Shown piece by piece: positions 39,337-49,676 of a stretch of 64,000 nt of DNA. The DNA is taken from the NCBI GenBank assembly GCA_052386675.1, contig JBQTJX010000018.1, positions 911-64,910 on the forward strand. The letters are read 5' to 3'. Numbering within the stretch: position 1 is the stretch's first letter; every line of letters starts with the position of its first letter. The DNA is from Betaproteobacteria bacterium (GTDB taxonomy: Bacteria > Pseudomonadota > Gammaproteobacteria > Burkholderiales > SG8-39). Below the pieces are notes generated by a model. It worked only from the letters and a program-made list of their open reading frames with translations. It was not told the DNA's origin and did no database searches. The position numbers were made by a program, and so were the translations under genes.

Positions 39337-40596
39337 GTGAATGACGGGGTGGAAGACGGGCTCTCGCTGCCCTCGGTGCGGGAGTTGCTGCAGCAGTTCC
39401 CGCTCGCGATCGCGCTGGTGGCGGACGATGGCCGCCTGCGCTGGGTGAACCGCCGCTTCGAGTCCCTGTTCGACCCCGCGGCCCTGGCCGCCGCCGACCT
39501 GCGCGGCCTGCGCCGCCTGCGCTCCCGCGACGGCGCCGAACTGCAGGTCGAGGTGCATCGCCTGGCGGTAGCCGGCGGCAACCTGCTGGTCCTCGACGAG
39601 ACCCCCGCGACAGCCAGCGCCAGCGAACTGCGCGCGCTGCGCGAGCGCGTCGACGCGCTCGAGCAGGAGAGCCTGACCGATCGCCTGACCGGCCTGTGGA
39701 ACCGGCGCTTCCTGGAGCGCACCGCAACCGCGGAACTCTCGCGCTCCAGGCGCCACCGCCAGCCGCTCGCGGCGGTGCTGCTGGACATCGACCATTTCAA
39801 GAACGTCAACGACACGCACGGCCACCTCGCCGGCGACGCGGTGCTGCGCGAACTGGCCTCCCTGGCGCGGGCAACCTTGCGCACCTCGGACGCGCTGGTG
39901 CGCTGGGGCGGAGAGGAGTTCCTGGTCCTGATGCCGCACACGACGCACGCGGCGGCTGCGGTGGCGGCGGAGAACCTGCGCCGGATCGTGGAGGCGCACG
40001 CGTTCCCGGCCGTCGGCCGCCTCACCATCAGCCTCGGCGTCGCGGAGGCGCTGCCGGGCGAGGACATGGACCGGTTCTTCGCGCGAGCCGATGCAGCGCT
40101 GTACCGCGCCAAGGACGCGGGCCGCAATCGCGTCGTTTCCGACCCGTCGGGCGCCTCCGACGCATGGTCGGCCATCGGCGACGCGGTCGTGGAACTGGTC
40201 TGGCGCGACAGCTATGCGTGCGGCGAGCCGACCATCGATGCCGAGCACGAGGAACTGTTCCGGCTCGCGAACCGGCTCATCGGCGCGAGCCTGCGCCAGG
40301 CGACGGACCGGGCCGCGTTCCTGGACGCGCTCGACCGGCTCATCGACCATATCGCGCGCCATTTCGCCGACGAGGAACGGATCCTCGCCGAGCGCGGCTA
40401 CGCAAAGCTGGCGCAGCACGGCGCGGCGCACCGGCGCCTGGTCTCGAGGGCCGGCGAACTGAGGGCGGCCGCGCTTCGCGGTGGCGCGACCACCGGCGCG
40501 CTGGTGGAGTTCCTCGCGCATGAAGTGGTGGCGCGGCACCTGCTCGTCGCCGATCGGGACTTCTACCCGCTGTTTCGCACCGCCACCCAGGGATAG
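39337..40596 (+). CDS. diguanylate cyclase (GGDEF) with a C-terminal bacteriohemerythrin domain
   Basis: RWGGEEFLVLM (GGEEF), then WRDSYACGEPTIDAEHEELF...HFADEERIL...HGAAH... metal-ligand pattern. The start is uncertain (TTG 39334 or GTG 39337); the track ORF start at 39175 lies inside recQ. Confidence 0.8.
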   Translation: MNDGVEDGLSLPSVRELLQQFPLAIALVADDGRLRWVNRRFESLFDPAALAAADLRGLRRLRSRDGAELQVEVHRLAVAGGNLLVLDETPATASASELRALRERVDALEQESLTDRLTGLWNRRFLERTATAELSRSRRHRQPLAAVLLDIDHFKNVNDTHGHLAGDAVLRELASLARATLRTSDALVRWGGEEFLVLMPHTTHAAAAVAAENLRRIVEAHAFPAVGRLTISLGVAEALPGEDMDRFFARADAALYRAKDAGRNRVVSDPSGASDAWSAIGDAVVELVWRDSYACGEPTIDAEHEELFRLANRLIGASLRQATDRAAFLDALDRLIDHIARHFADEERILAERGYAKLAQHGAAHRRLVSRAGELRAAALRGGATTGALVEFLAHEVVARHLLVADRDFYPLFRTATQG

Positions 40597-41435
40597 GTCC
40601 GCGTCTCGTTGCCGTCGCTGGCGCGCAACTCCCCCGCGATGCGGTCGCCGAGGACTGTGCCGGTGAAGACGTTCCGCCACGCGCGCCGGCCGACGATGCC
40701 GTTGGTCACCAGCGACAGTTGCGCGCCTCGCAGGCGCACGCCCGGCACGACGAAATCGCGCCCGCCCGTGGCCGAGACATCCACCTCCAGCAGCTGGTAG
40801 CGCTGCGCGATGCCAAGCGTCCAGCGTCCGCCGTGCTCCGGCAGCTCGAGGCTCCAGCGGCCTGCCGCGAGCGCCGGCACCACCCAAAGCTCGACACGCG
40901 AGAAGCCGTTGCCCACCGGCTTGTCCGGTACGCGCAGTTCCAGCCGCTCGTCGAACGGCCAGTCGCCGAGGCCGGCGTCGTGCGAGACGATTCGGGTCCC
41001 GGGCCTGAGCGCGAGCAGCTTGGGCAAGAGCTTCGCATTCAGCCCCGGCAGCAGGTAGATGGTCACCACGGTCGCGGCCGAGAAGTCGGCCGTGAACAGG
41101 TCCATGGCCTCGAAGCGAGCGCGCTCGGCGACGCCCGCAGCGCGGGCATTCTCCACGGCTGCGGCGACCAGCGACTTGTCCAGCTCGATGCCCAGTCCGC
41201 GCGCGCCGCGCCTGGCGGCCTCAATGACGATGCGCCCGTCGCCCGATCCAAGGTCGATGACCGTATCCCCTGGCCCGACCTCCGCCAGCTGCAGCATGCG
41301 CGAGACGACTTCCATCGGCGTCACCACGAAAGGCACGCTGCCGTCGTCCCAGGTGTAGGCGGGCATCTGCGCCCGTGCCGCGACGGGCCCGAGCAGGGCC
41401 GCGAGGCCCGCGCCCAGCAGCCGCCGGCGGTTCAT
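40563..41435 (-). CDS. class I SAM-dependent methyltransferase with an N-terminal Tat-like signal and a C-terminal beta-rich extension
   Basis: MNRRRLLGAGLAALLGPVAARAQ, VIDLGSGDGRIV (motif I), 290 aa. ATGA overlap with the ilvA stop. Confidence 0.7.
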   Translation of the reverse strand: MNRRRLLGAGLAALLGPVAARAQMPAYTWDDGSVPFVVTPMEVVSRMLQLAEVGPGDTVIDLGSGDGRIVIEAARRGARGLGIELDKSLVAAAVENARAAGVAERARFEAMDLFTADFSAATVVTIYLLPGLNAKLLPKLLALRPGTRIVSHDAGLGDWPFDERLELRVPDKPVGNGFSRVELWVVPALAAGRWSLELPEHGGRWTLGIAQRYQLLEVDVSATGGRDFVVPGVRLRGAQLSLVTNGIVGRRAWRNVFTGTVLGDRIAGELRASDGNETRTYPWVAVRNSG

Positions 41436-42946
41436 CGCAGGAAGAGTCGGTAGGCCGCGTTGCGCGACTCGTCGGCCCAGGGATAGCCCAGGCGCGCGAG
41501 GAACCTGCGGAAGTCCCCCATTTCGCTGCGCGGCACCTGCATGCCGACCAGCACGCTGCCGTAGTCGGCGCCGTGGTTGCGGTAGTGGAACAGGCTGATG
41601 TTCCAGGACGGGTTCATGGCGCGCAGGAATCGCATCAGCGCCCCCTGGCGCTCCGGAAACTCGAAGCGGTACAGGATCTCGTTGCGGACAAGCGCCGACG
41701 GCCCCCCGACCATGTGGCGCACATGCGCCTTGGCGATGTCGTTGTCCGAGAGGTCGAGCGTCCGGCAGCCGGCGCGCGCCAGGCGTCGCGCCAGGCGCGC
41801 CGTTTCCTCGCGCCCGCCGACGCTGACCCCGACGAAAATATGCGCCTCGCTTTCGCCGGACATGCGGTAGTTGAACTCGGTGACGTTGCGGTTGCCCAGC
41901 GCCTCCAGGAAACGGCGGAAGCTGCCGCGCTTCTCCGGCACCGTCACCGCCAGCACCGCCTCGCGGTGCTCTCCCAGTTCGGCCTGCTCGGCGACGAAAC
42001 GCAGGCGGTCGAAATTGGTGTTGGCGCCCGAGGCGATGGCGACCAGGGTCTTGCCTTTGGCGCCACGCTTGGCCACCCAGGCCTTGGCGCCGGCGATCGC
42101 CAGCGCCCCGGCGGGCTCCAGCACCACGCGGGTATCCTCGAACACGTCCTTGATCGCGGCGCACATCCCGTCGGTGTCCACCAGCACGACCTCGTCCACG
42201 TACTTCTTCGCCAGCCGGAAGGTTTCCCTGCCGACCTCCTTCACCGCGACGCCGTCGGCGAACAGGCCGACGTGCTCCAGCTTCACGCGCCGCCCGGCCT
42301 TCAGGGAACGCGCCATGGCGTCGGCGTCGGAGGGCTCGACGCCGATCACCTTCACCGACGGGCGCAGGCGCTTGATGTAAGCCGCGATGCCGCCGATCAG
42401 CCCGCCGCCGCCGACGGGAACGAACACCGCGTCGACCGGGCGCGCGCTCTGGCGCAGGATCTCCATGCCGATGGTGCCCTGTCCGGCGATCACGTCCGGG
42501 TCGTCGAACGGATGGACGAAGGTGAGGCCGAGGCGCCGGCGCATGCGATTCGCCTGCTGGAACGCCTCGGCGACAGTGTCCCCGTGCAGCACCACCGTGG
42601 CGCCGCGCTGCGCCACGGCGTCCACCTTGATCCTTGGCGTGGTCACCGGCATCACGATAGTGGCGCGGCAACCCAGCTTCTGCGCTGCGAGCGCCACGCC
42701 CTGGGCATGGTTGCCGGCGCTGGCGGCGATGACGCCGCGCTTGAGCTTCGCCGCCGGCAGCTTCGCCATCTTGTTGTAGGCGCCGCGCAGCTTGAACGAG
42801 AACACCGGCTGGAGGTCCTCTCGCTTGAGCAGCAGCCGGTTGCCAAGGCGGCGCGAGAGGCCGGGCGCCAGCTCGAGCGGCGTCTGCTGCGCGACGTCGT
42901 AAACTCGCGCGGCAAGTATGCGCTCAAGATAGTCTTTGCCCTTCAC
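41432..42946 (-). CDS. ilvA: biosynthetic threonine ammonia-lyase (threonine dehydratase)
   Basis: GTG start. LLLKREDLQPVFSFKLRGAYN (PLP lysine) and two C-terminal ACT-like regulatory repeats. Confidence 0.93.
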   Translation of the reverse strand: MKGKDYLERILAARVYDVAQQTPLELAPGLSRRLGNRLLLKREDLQPVFSFKLRGAYNKMAKLPAAKLKRGVIAASAGNHAQGVALAAQKLGCRATIVMPVTTPRIKVDAVAQRGATVVLHGDTVAEAFQQANRMRRRLGLTFVHPFDDPDVIAGQGTIGMEILRQSARPVDAVFVPVGGGGLIGGIAAYIKRLRPSVKVIGVEPSDADAMARSLKAGRRVKLEHVGLFADGVAVKEVGRETFRLAKKYVDEVVLVDTDGMCAAIKDVFEDTRVVLEPAGALAIAGAKAWVAKRGAKGKTLVAIASGANTNFDRLRFVAEQAELGEHREAVLAVTVPEKRGSFRRFLEALGNRNVTEFNYRMSGESEAHIFVGVSVGGREETARLARRLARAGCRTLDLSDNDIAKAHVRHMVGGPSALVRNEILYRFEFPERQGALMRFLRAMNPSWNISLFHYRNHGADYGSVLVGMQVPRSEMGDFRRFLARLGYPWADESRNAAYRLFLR

Positions 42947-42972
42947 CGAAAAAGCCTAACACACTGAACGCA

Positions 42973-43377
42973 TTGCTTACTCCCGAGGGCGGGCTCGCCG
43001 GCGTGCTGCTGTCGGCGTTCCTCGCCGCGACAGTGGTGCCGTTCTCCTCGGAGGCGGTGCTGTACGCCTTTCTGCTCCTGCATCCGGAGCAATCGGTCGC
43101 CGCGATCGCGCTCGCGACAGTGGGCAACACCGCGGGCGGCATGACCAGCTACGCCATCGGGCGCTTCCTGCCCGCGAAAGTGCAGGAGAAGCTGGAGCCC
43201 AGGGCGCTCGGCTGGCTGAAACGCTACGGCGCGCCGGCGACGCTGCTCGCCTGGCTGCCTGTGATCGGGGACGCGCTGTGCGTCGCCGCCGGCTGGCTGC
43301 GGATCGGATGGCTCCCGGCACTTGCGTTCATGGCCGCGGGGCGCCTCGCCCGCTACCTCGTGGTCGCCGCAATCTAG
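42973..43377 (+). CDS. yqaA: YqaA-family (DedA/SNARE-associated) inner membrane protein
   Basis: TTG start (GTG 43003 is an alternative). LSAFLAATVVPFSSEAVL...GNTAGGMTSY. Confidence 0.7.
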   Translation: MLTPEGGLAGVLLSAFLAATVVPFSSEAVLYAFLLLHPEQSVAAIALATVGNTAGGMTSYAIGRFLPAKVQEKLEPRALGWLKRYGAPATLLAWLPVIGDALCVAAGWLRIGWLPALAFMAAGRLARYLVVAAI

Positions 43378-45554
43378 GCCGCCTGCAGCTTCGCCACCGC
43401 CACCGCGAGCCACTTGATGCCGCCGCGGCCGAAATTCACCTGCACCCGGGCGTCCCCGCCCATGCCCTCGGCATCCAGGATGACGCCGGGGCCGAACTTG
43501 GCGTGGATCACGTTCTGGCCGATGCGGAAGCCGCCCACTTCCTTCGATCGGGCGAAGGTCGGCTCCTTCCTCGGCGCCGCGCCGAAGACCATCGGCGCCG
43601 GCCGGGCGAAGCGCGGCGTGAGCCACTTCTTCAGTCCCTCCGGAATCTCATCCAGGAACCGCGAGGCGACGTTATATCGCGTCTGCCCGTGCAGCATGCG
43701 GGTCTGCGCGTGGCACAGGTACAGGCGATGGCGCGCGCGCGTGATCGCCACGTAGGCGAGGCGCCGCTCCTCTTCCAGGCCGTCCTTCTCCACCAGCGCC
43801 TGCTCGTGCGGGAACAGGCCCTCCTCCAGGCCGGAGATGAACACCGCCTCGAACTCCAGGCCCTTGGCCGAGTGCACCGTCATCATCTGCAGCGCGTCCT
43901 GGCCTTCGCCCGCCTGGTGCTCGCCCGCCTCCAGCGCCGCGTGGGTCAGGAAGGCGGTGAGCGGATCCATCACCACGCCGTCCTCGTCACCCTCGCCGCT
44001 GATCAAGCCGGTGCTGCGGTCCTCCATGGTGAATGCCGCGGCGGCGTTCACCAGTTCGCCCAGGTTCTCGATCCGGTCGGCGCCCTCGCGCTCGTTCTTG
44101 TAGTGCTCGATCAAGCCGCTCCTGCCAACCACGTGCTCCACCTTCTCCGGCAGCGGCAGCGTCGCTGTTTCCTCCTGCAGGTTGCGGATCAGGTCGCGGA
44201 AAGCCGCCACCGACTGGCCGGCGCGGCCGGTGAGGCCGTCCAGCGCCGCCCACAGGCTGCAGCCGCGCGCCTTGGCCGCATCCTGCAGGCCTTCGACGGA
44301 GCGCGCGCCGATTCCCCGCGGCGGAAAGTTGATGACGCGCAGCAGTGAATTGTCGTCCTCCGGCGTGACCACCAGGCGCAGGTAGGCGAGAGCGTGCTTC
44401 ACCTCGGCGCGTTCGAAGAAGCGCAGGCCGCCGTAGACGCGGTAGGCGATGCCGGCGCCGAAGAGGGCATGCTCGATCACCCGGGACTGCGCATTGGAAC
44501 GGTACAGTACCGCCACCGAGGCGAGCTTGCGCCCCTCGCGCTGCAGCGCCTTCGCTTCGTCCGCGATGAAGCGCGCCTCTTCGGAATCGCTCTCGCCTTC
44601 AAATACCCGCAACGGCTCGCCATGGCCGTCCGCGGTCCACAGGTTCTTGCCCAGGCGGTTGGTGTTGTTGGCGATCAGCGCGTTGGCGGCGTCCAGGATG
44701 TTGCCCTGCGAGCGGTAGTTCTGCTCCAGCCGCACCACCCTGGCGATCCTGAACTCGCGCTCGAAGTCGGCCATGTTGCCGACATTGGCGCCGCGAAAGG
44801 AATAGATGCTCTGGTCGTCGTCGCCCACGGCGAAAATGCGGCTCGCCTCGCCCGCCAGCAGCTTCAGCCAGCGGTACTGCAGGCGGTTGGTGTCCTGGAA
44901 CTCGTCCACCAGGATGTGGCGGAAGCGCGCGCGGTAGTGCTCGCGCAGCGGCTCGTTGCGCAGCAGCAGCTCGTAGCTGCGCAGCAGGAGCTCCGGGAAA
45001 TCCACCACGCCCTCGCGCCGGCACTGCTCGTCGTAGGCGGCGTACAGCTCCACTTGCCGGCGTGTCACCTCGTCCGGGGCGTGGATGTCCCCTGCGCGCA
45101 GGCCCTCTTCCTTGCGGCCATTGATGAAGTACTGCAGCTCGCGCGGCGGAAAACGGTCCTCGTCCACGTTCATCGAGCGCGCCAGGCGCTTCACCGCCGC
45201 CAGCTGGTCCTGCGTGTCCAGGATCTGGAATTCGCGCGGCAAGCCGGCGTCCTGGTGGTGCGCCCGCAGCATGCGGTTGCACAGGCCGTGGAAGGTGCCG
45301 ACCCACATGCCGCGCGGGTTTACCGGCAGCATCGCACTCAGGCGGGTAAACATCTCCCGCGCCGCCTTGTTGGTGAAGGTGACCGCGAGCAGGCCGCCGG
45401 GGGAAACCTTGCCCGACTTGATCAGCCAGGCGATGCGCGTGGTGAGCACGCGCGTCTTGCCGCTGCCGGCGCCGGCGAGCACGAGCATGTGCTCGTCATC
45501 GGCGGTGACGGCGGCGAGCTGTTCCGGGTTTAGGTGTTCGAGGTGCAGCGACAA
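43374..45554 (-). CDS. uvrD: DNA helicase II
   Basis: TTG start. LNPEQLAAV..., LAGAGSGKTRVL, DEFQDTN, VGDDDQSIYSFRGA, VHSAKGLEF, YVAITRA. Confidence 0.93.
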   Translation of the reverse strand: MSLHLEHLNPEQLAAVTADDEHMLVLAGAGSGKTRVLTTRIAWLIKSGKVSPGGLLAVTFTNKAAREMFTRLSAMLPVNPRGMWVGTFHGLCNRMLRAHHQDAGLPREFQILDTQDQLAAVKRLARSMNVDEDRFPPRELQYFINGRKEEGLRAGDIHAPDEVTRRQVELYAAYDEQCRREGVVDFPELLLRSYELLLRNEPLREHYRARFRHILVDEFQDTNRLQYRWLKLLAGEASRIFAVGDDDQSIYSFRGANVGNMADFEREFRIARVVRLEQNYRSQGNILDAANALIANNTNRLGKNLWTADGHGEPLRVFEGESDSEEARFIADEAKALQREGRKLASVAVLYRSNAQSRVIEHALFGAGIAYRVYGGLRFFERAEVKHALAYLRLVVTPEDDNSLLRVINFPPRGIGARSVEGLQDAAKARGCSLWAALDGLTGRAGQSVAAFRDLIRNLQEETATLPLPEKVEHVVGRSGLIEHYKNEREGADRIENLGELVNAAAAFTMEDRSTGLISGEGDEDGVVMDPLTAFLTHAALEAGEHQAGEGQDALQMMTVHSAKGLEFEAVFISGLEEGLFPHEQALVEKDGLEEERRLAYVAITRARHRLYLCHAQTRMLHGQTRYNVASRFLDEIPEGLKKWLTPRFARPAPMVFGAAPRKEPTFARSKEVGGFRIGQNVIHAKFGPGVILDAEGMGGDARVQVNFGRGGIKWLAVAVAKLQAA

Positions 45555-45592
45555 GGTGCGGATTTTACCGCGCCCGTCACTTAAGCACGTGG

Positions 45593-46546
45593 CTAATCCA
45601 CGCGCAGCTTCAGTTCCTTCGTCAGCCGGCCGAATTTCTCGAAGTCGCGCTTTAGCACCGCGCCCAGCTGCTCCGGCGTGCCGCCGACCGCTTCGAGCGC
45701 AGCGGTCGCGTAGCGCGCCTGTACCGCCGGCGTCGCCAGCGCCCTGGCCATCTCCGCGTTAAGCCGCACCACCGCCTCGCGCGGCGTGCCGGCGGGCGCG
45801 AATACCGCCAGCCACTGGTCGATCTCGAGGTCCACGCCCTGCTCGCGGTAGGTCGGCACGTCCGGCAGCGACGCGGCGCGCTTCGCGGTGGACTGGGCCA
45901 GGATCTTCAGCTTGCCCGCCTTATGGTGCGGGATCACGGGCGTGGAGCCGAGCGACCCCATTTTCACCTGCCCGCCGACGAGATCGCCGATCGCCTGGCC
46001 GCCGCCCTTGTAGGGGATGTGGTTCAGCGTCACGCCCGTGACCTTCGCGAACCACTCTGCGGTGAAATGCTGCTGCGAACCGGCTCCCGAAGTCGCATAG
46101 CTGGTGCCGGGCGACTTCTTCAGCAGCGCGATCAGCTCCGCCAGGGTGCCGGCGCCCAGCGACGGATGCACCGCGAGGACCACGGGCTGCAGCGTGAGCT
46201 GGATGACCGGCACGAAATCCTTCAGGGGATCGAAGCTGAGCTTGAACAGGTGCGGGGTCGAGGCCATCACGTCTGCGGTGGCGAGCAGCGTGTAGCCGTC
46301 GGCCCCGGCGCGCAGCACTGCGTCGGCGGCCACCGCGCCCGAGGCGCCGGCACGGTTCTCTATCACCACCGGCTGGCCGATGGCCTGGGACACCGGATCG
46401 GCGACCGAGCGCACGGCGACGTCGGTGGCGCCACCAGGAGCGAACGCAATGACGATGCGCACCGGCTTCGAGGGCCAGGCCTGGGCCAGCGCCAGAGAGG
46501 GAAGAAGTGCTGCGACGAGGGCTGCGGCGAACCTGTTGACCGGCAT
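45593..46546 (-). CDS. tctC: Bug-family tripartite tricarboxylate transporter substrate-binding protein
   Basis: AGGAGG RBS before ATG 46546. Signal peptide, then AWPSKPVRIVIAFAPGGATD, the typical Bug N-terminus. Confidence 0.85.
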   Translation of the reverse strand: MPVNRFAAALVAALLPSLALAQAWPSKPVRIVIAFAPGGATDVAVRSVADPVSQAIGQPVVIENRAGASGAVAADAVLRAGADGYTLLATADVMASTPHLFKLSFDPLKDFVPVIQLTLQPVVLAVHPSLGAGTLAELIALLKKSPGTSYATSGAGSQQHFTAEWFAKVTGVTLNHIPYKGGGQAIGDLVGGQVKMGSLGSTPVIPHHKAGKLKILAQSTAKRAASLPDVPTYREQGVDLEIDQWLAVFAPAGTPREAVVRLNAEMARALATPAVQARYATAALEAVGGTPEQLGAVLKRDFEKFGRLTKELKLRVD

Positions 46547-46591
46547 GGGGCCTCCTGTAGCCCCGTACCGTAGCAAAGATTCCCCCGCCCG

Positions 46592-46597
46592 TATAAT
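46592..46597 (+). promoter_or_regulatory. candidate -10 hexamer TATAAT upstream of leuS
   Basis: Perfect TATAAT within the 11-mer GTATAATCCGC, which is also present at 3681..3691. It lies 15 nt before the first leuS ATG. Confidence 0.3.
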
Positions 46598-46611
46598 CCG
46601 CGCCTTCCATC

Positions 46612-49185
46612 ATGCCATCCACGCCCATGCGGGAGCAGTACCAGCCCACGGAGATCGAGCGCGCCGCCCAGTCCTTCTGGGAGGCGCAGGGCTCGTTCCG
46701 CGCCCTCGAGGACCCGGCCCGGCAGAAGTTCTATTGCCTGTCGATGTTCCCCTACCCCTCCGGCAAGCTGCACATGGGGCATGTGCGCAACTACACCATC
46801 GGCGACGTGCTGACGCGCCACCACCGCATGAAGGGCCTGAACGTGCTGCAGCCCATGGGCTGGGATGCCTTCGGCCTGCCGGCGGAGAACGCCGCCATGG
46901 CCAACAAGGTGCCGCCGGCGAAGTGGACGCGCGACAACATCGCGTACATGAAGCAACAGCTGAAAAGCCTCGGCTTCGCGCTCGACTGGGAGCGGGAGCT
47001 CGCCACCTGCGACCCCGGCTACTACAAGTGGAACCAGTGGTTGTTCACGCGACTGTTCCGCAAGGGCCTCGCCTACAAGAAGACCGGGGTCGTCAACTGG
47101 GACCCGGTGGACCAGACCGTGCTCGCGAACGAGCAGGTGATCGAGGGCCGCGGCTGGCGCACCGGCGCGGTGGTCGAGAAGCGCGAGATCCCGATGTACT
47201 TCTTCCGCATCACCGCCTACGCCGAGGAATTGCTCTCGGCGCTGGACGGGCTGCCGGGCTGGCCCGAGCAGGTGAAGCTGATGCAGAAGAACTGGATCGG
47301 CCGCTCCGAGGGCGTGCGCATCGGTTTCCCCTACGAACTGGCGGGCGACAAGAGGACGCTGTGGGTGTTCACCACCCGCGCCGACACGCTGATGGGCGCC
47401 ACCTTCTGCGCGGTGGCCGCCGAGCACCCGATCGCGGCGCACGCGGCGAAGTCGAACCCGAACCTGGCCGCCTTCGTCGAGGAATGCAAACAGGGCGCGG
47501 TGATGGAAGCCGAGCTGGCGCAGATCGAGAAGAAGGGCATGCCCACCGGGATCTTCGTCACCCACCCCTTGTCGGGCGAGAAGCTGGAGGTCTGGGTCGG
47601 CAACTACGTGCTCATGGGCTACGGCGAAGGCGCGGTGATGGGCGTGCCTGCGCACGACGAGCGCGACTACGCCTTCGCGCACAAGTACGGCCTCGCCATC
47701 CCCTGCGTCATCCGCCACCCCGCGGGGGAAGGGGTGCCTTTGCCCTGGATTCCGGCCTACGCGGAGCACGGGACCTGCATCAACTCGGGCAAGTACGACG
47801 GCCTGGATTTCCAGCAGGGGGTCGATGCGATAGCCGCCGACCTGCAGGCGAAGCAGCTGGGCGAGAAGCAGGTGCAATGGCGCCTGCGCGACTGGGGGAT
47901 ATCCCGCCAGCGCTACTGGGGCTGTCCGATCCCGATCATCCACTGTCCGTCCTGCGGCGACGTGCCGGTGCCGGACCGGGACCTGCCGGTGGTGCTGCCC
48001 GACGACCTGGTTCCCGACGGCACCGGCAACCCGCTCAACAAGCTGACCTCCTTCACCCGGTGCGCCTGCCCCTCATGCGGCCAGCCGGCGAAGCGCGAAA
48101 CCGACACCATGGATACCTTCGTGGATTCGTCCTGGTACTTCGCGCGCTTCGCCAGCGCCGGTTCCGCGGAAGCCATGGTGGACGCGCGCGCGCGCTACTG
48201 GATGGCGGTGGACCAGTACATCGGCGGCATCGAGCACGCCATCCTGCATCTGCTGTATTCGCGCTTCTTCCAGCGCGCCATGCGCGACGAAGGCCTGATC
48301 CCGGACATCGCCGAGCCCTTCACCAACCTGCTCACCCAGGGCATGGTGCTCGCCGAGTCCTATCACCTGGAGAACCGCGAGGGCCGGCGCGAGTGGGTGC
48401 ATCCATCCGAAGTGGACGTCGAGCGCGACGCCAGGGGCCGCATCATCGCGGCGAAGCGCATCGCCGACGGCGCCGAGGTGACCTACGGCGGCATCGGCAC
48501 CATGTCCAAGTCCAAGAACAACGGCGTCGACCCGCAGGCCCTGATCGAGAAGTATGGCGCCGACACCGCGCGTTTCTTCATCATCTTCGCCTCGCCGCCC
48601 ACGCACACGCTGGAATGGAGCGACGAGGGCGTCGAGGGTTCGTACCGGTTCCTCAAGCGGCTCTGGGCCTTTGCGCTGAAGTTTTCCGGCAGGGGGCCGC
48701 AGTCCGCGGAGGCTGACCGCGCCGCGCGACACGAGGTCCACGCCATCCTGAAGCAGGCCAACTACGACATGCAGCGCCACCAGTTCAACACCGTGGCCTC
48801 GGCCTGCATGAAGATCCTGAACACCCTGGAGCGACTGCCGGACCCGGCCAACCCCGTGGCGGCCGAGGGCTTCTCCATCCTGCTGCGGCTGCTCTCGCCC
48901 ATCACCCCGCACGTATGCCATCATCTGTGGGCCGAGGCCGGGTTCGGGGCCGACGTGATGCAGGCGGCCTGGCCGGAACCCGATCCCGCGGCCCTGGAGC
49001 AGGACGAGGTCGAGTACGTGGTGCAGGTGAACGGCAAGACGCGCGGCGCCGTCCGGGTGCCGAAGTCGGCCGACCGAAAGGCGATCGAGGTGAGCGCAGC
49101 CGACAGCGTGAAGAAGTACATCGCGGAGCAGCCTGTCCGGAAGGTGATCGTCGTCCCCGGCCGCCTGGTCAACCTCGTCCTGTGA
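46612..49185 (+). CDS. leuS: leucine--tRNA ligase
   Basis: [16 protein letters not shown] (HIGH) and KMSKSKNN (KMSKS). ATG 46627 (MREQYQP) is an alternative start. Confidence 0.97.
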   Translation: MPSTPMREQYQPTEIERAAQSFWEAQGSFRALEDPARQKFYCLSMFPYPSGKLHMGHVRNYTIGDVLTRHHRMKGLNVLQPMGWDAFGLPAENAAMANKVPPAKWTRDNIAYMKQQLKSLGFALDWERELATCDPGYYKWNQWLFTRLFRKGLAYKKTGVVNWDPVDQTVLANEQVIEGRGWRTGAVVEKREIPMYFFRITAYAEELLSALDGLPGWPEQVKLMQKNWIGRSEGVRIGFPYELAGDKRTLWVFTTRADTLMGATFCAVAAEHPIAAHAAKSNPNLAAFVEECKQGAVMEAELAQIEKKGMPTGIFVTHPLSGEKLEVWVGNYVLMGYGEGAVMGVPAHDERDYAFAHKYGLAIPCVIRHPAGEGVPLPWIPAYAEHGTCINSGKYDGLDFQQGVDAIAADLQAKQLGEKQVQWRLRDWGISRQRYWGCPIPIIHCPSCGDVPVPDRDLPVVLPDDLVPDGTGNPLNKLTSFTRCACPSCGQPAKRETDTMDTFVDSSWYFARFASAGSAEAMVDARARYWMAVDQYIGGIEHAILHLLYSRFFQRAMRDEGLIPDIAEPFTNLLTQGMVLAESYHLENREGRREWVHPSEVDVERDARGRIIAAKRIADGAEVTYGGIGTMSKSKNNGVDPQALIEKYGADTARFFIIFASPPTHTLEWSDEGVEGSYRFLKRLWAFALKFSGRGPQSAEADRAARHEVHAILKQANYDMQRHQFNTVASACMKILNTLERLPDPANPVAAEGFSILLRLLSPITPHVCHHLWAEAGFGADVMQAAWPEPDPAALEQDEVEYVVQVNGKTRGAVRVPKSADRKAIEVSAADSVKKYIAEQPVRKVIVVPGRLVNLVL

Positions 49186-49670
49186 TGCGCGCGATCGCCG
49201 TCCTCCTTGCGCTCAGCCTTGCCGGCTGCGGATTCCAGCTGCGCGGCACCGCCGACCTGCCGTTCGAGACCATCTTCGTCCCCTCCGCTACATCGGGCGT
49301 GGCGCTCGATATCAAGCGCAACATCCAGTCGGGGACCCGCACCCGGGTGGTGGACGACGCCAAGTCCGCGCAGGCGGTGCTGCAGTTCATCCAGGAAGTG
49401 CGCGAGAAGCACATCTTGTCGCTCACGGGCACCGGGCGGGTGCGCGAGTTCCAGCTGCGCTATCGCGTCGGCTTCCGCCTGCACGACGGCAAGGGCGGCG
49501 AATTCCTGCCGGCCAACACCATCGAGCTGACGCGGGACGTGACCTACAACGACGCCGAGGTCCTCGCCAAGGAGACCGAGGAGCAGCTGCTGTACCGCGA
49601 CATGCAGTTCGACATGGTGCAGCTGGTCATGCGGCGCCTCGCCGCCTCGCAGCGGCCGAAGCCGCAGTAG
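49185..49670 (+). CDS. lptE: LPS-assembly lipoprotein LptE
   Basis: ATG overlaps the leuS TGA. Lipobox LSLAGCGFQLRG. Conserved leuS-lptE-holA order. Confidence 0.85.
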   Translation: MRAIAVLLALSLAGCGFQLRGTADLPFETIFVPSATSGVALDIKRNIQSGTRTRVVDDAKSAQAVLQFIQEVREKHILSLTGTGRVREFQLRYRVGFRLHDGKGGEFLPANTIELTRDVTYNDAEVLAKETEEQLLYRDMQFDMVQLVMRRLAASQRPKPQ

Positions 49671-49676
49671 CAGTCG

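Noticed and set aside
37410-40175. 921-aa minus-strand ORF antisense to recQ and the diguanylate cyclase
   Set aside because: recQ and the GGDEF gene on the plus strand have unmistakable motifs. The antisense translation is low complexity.
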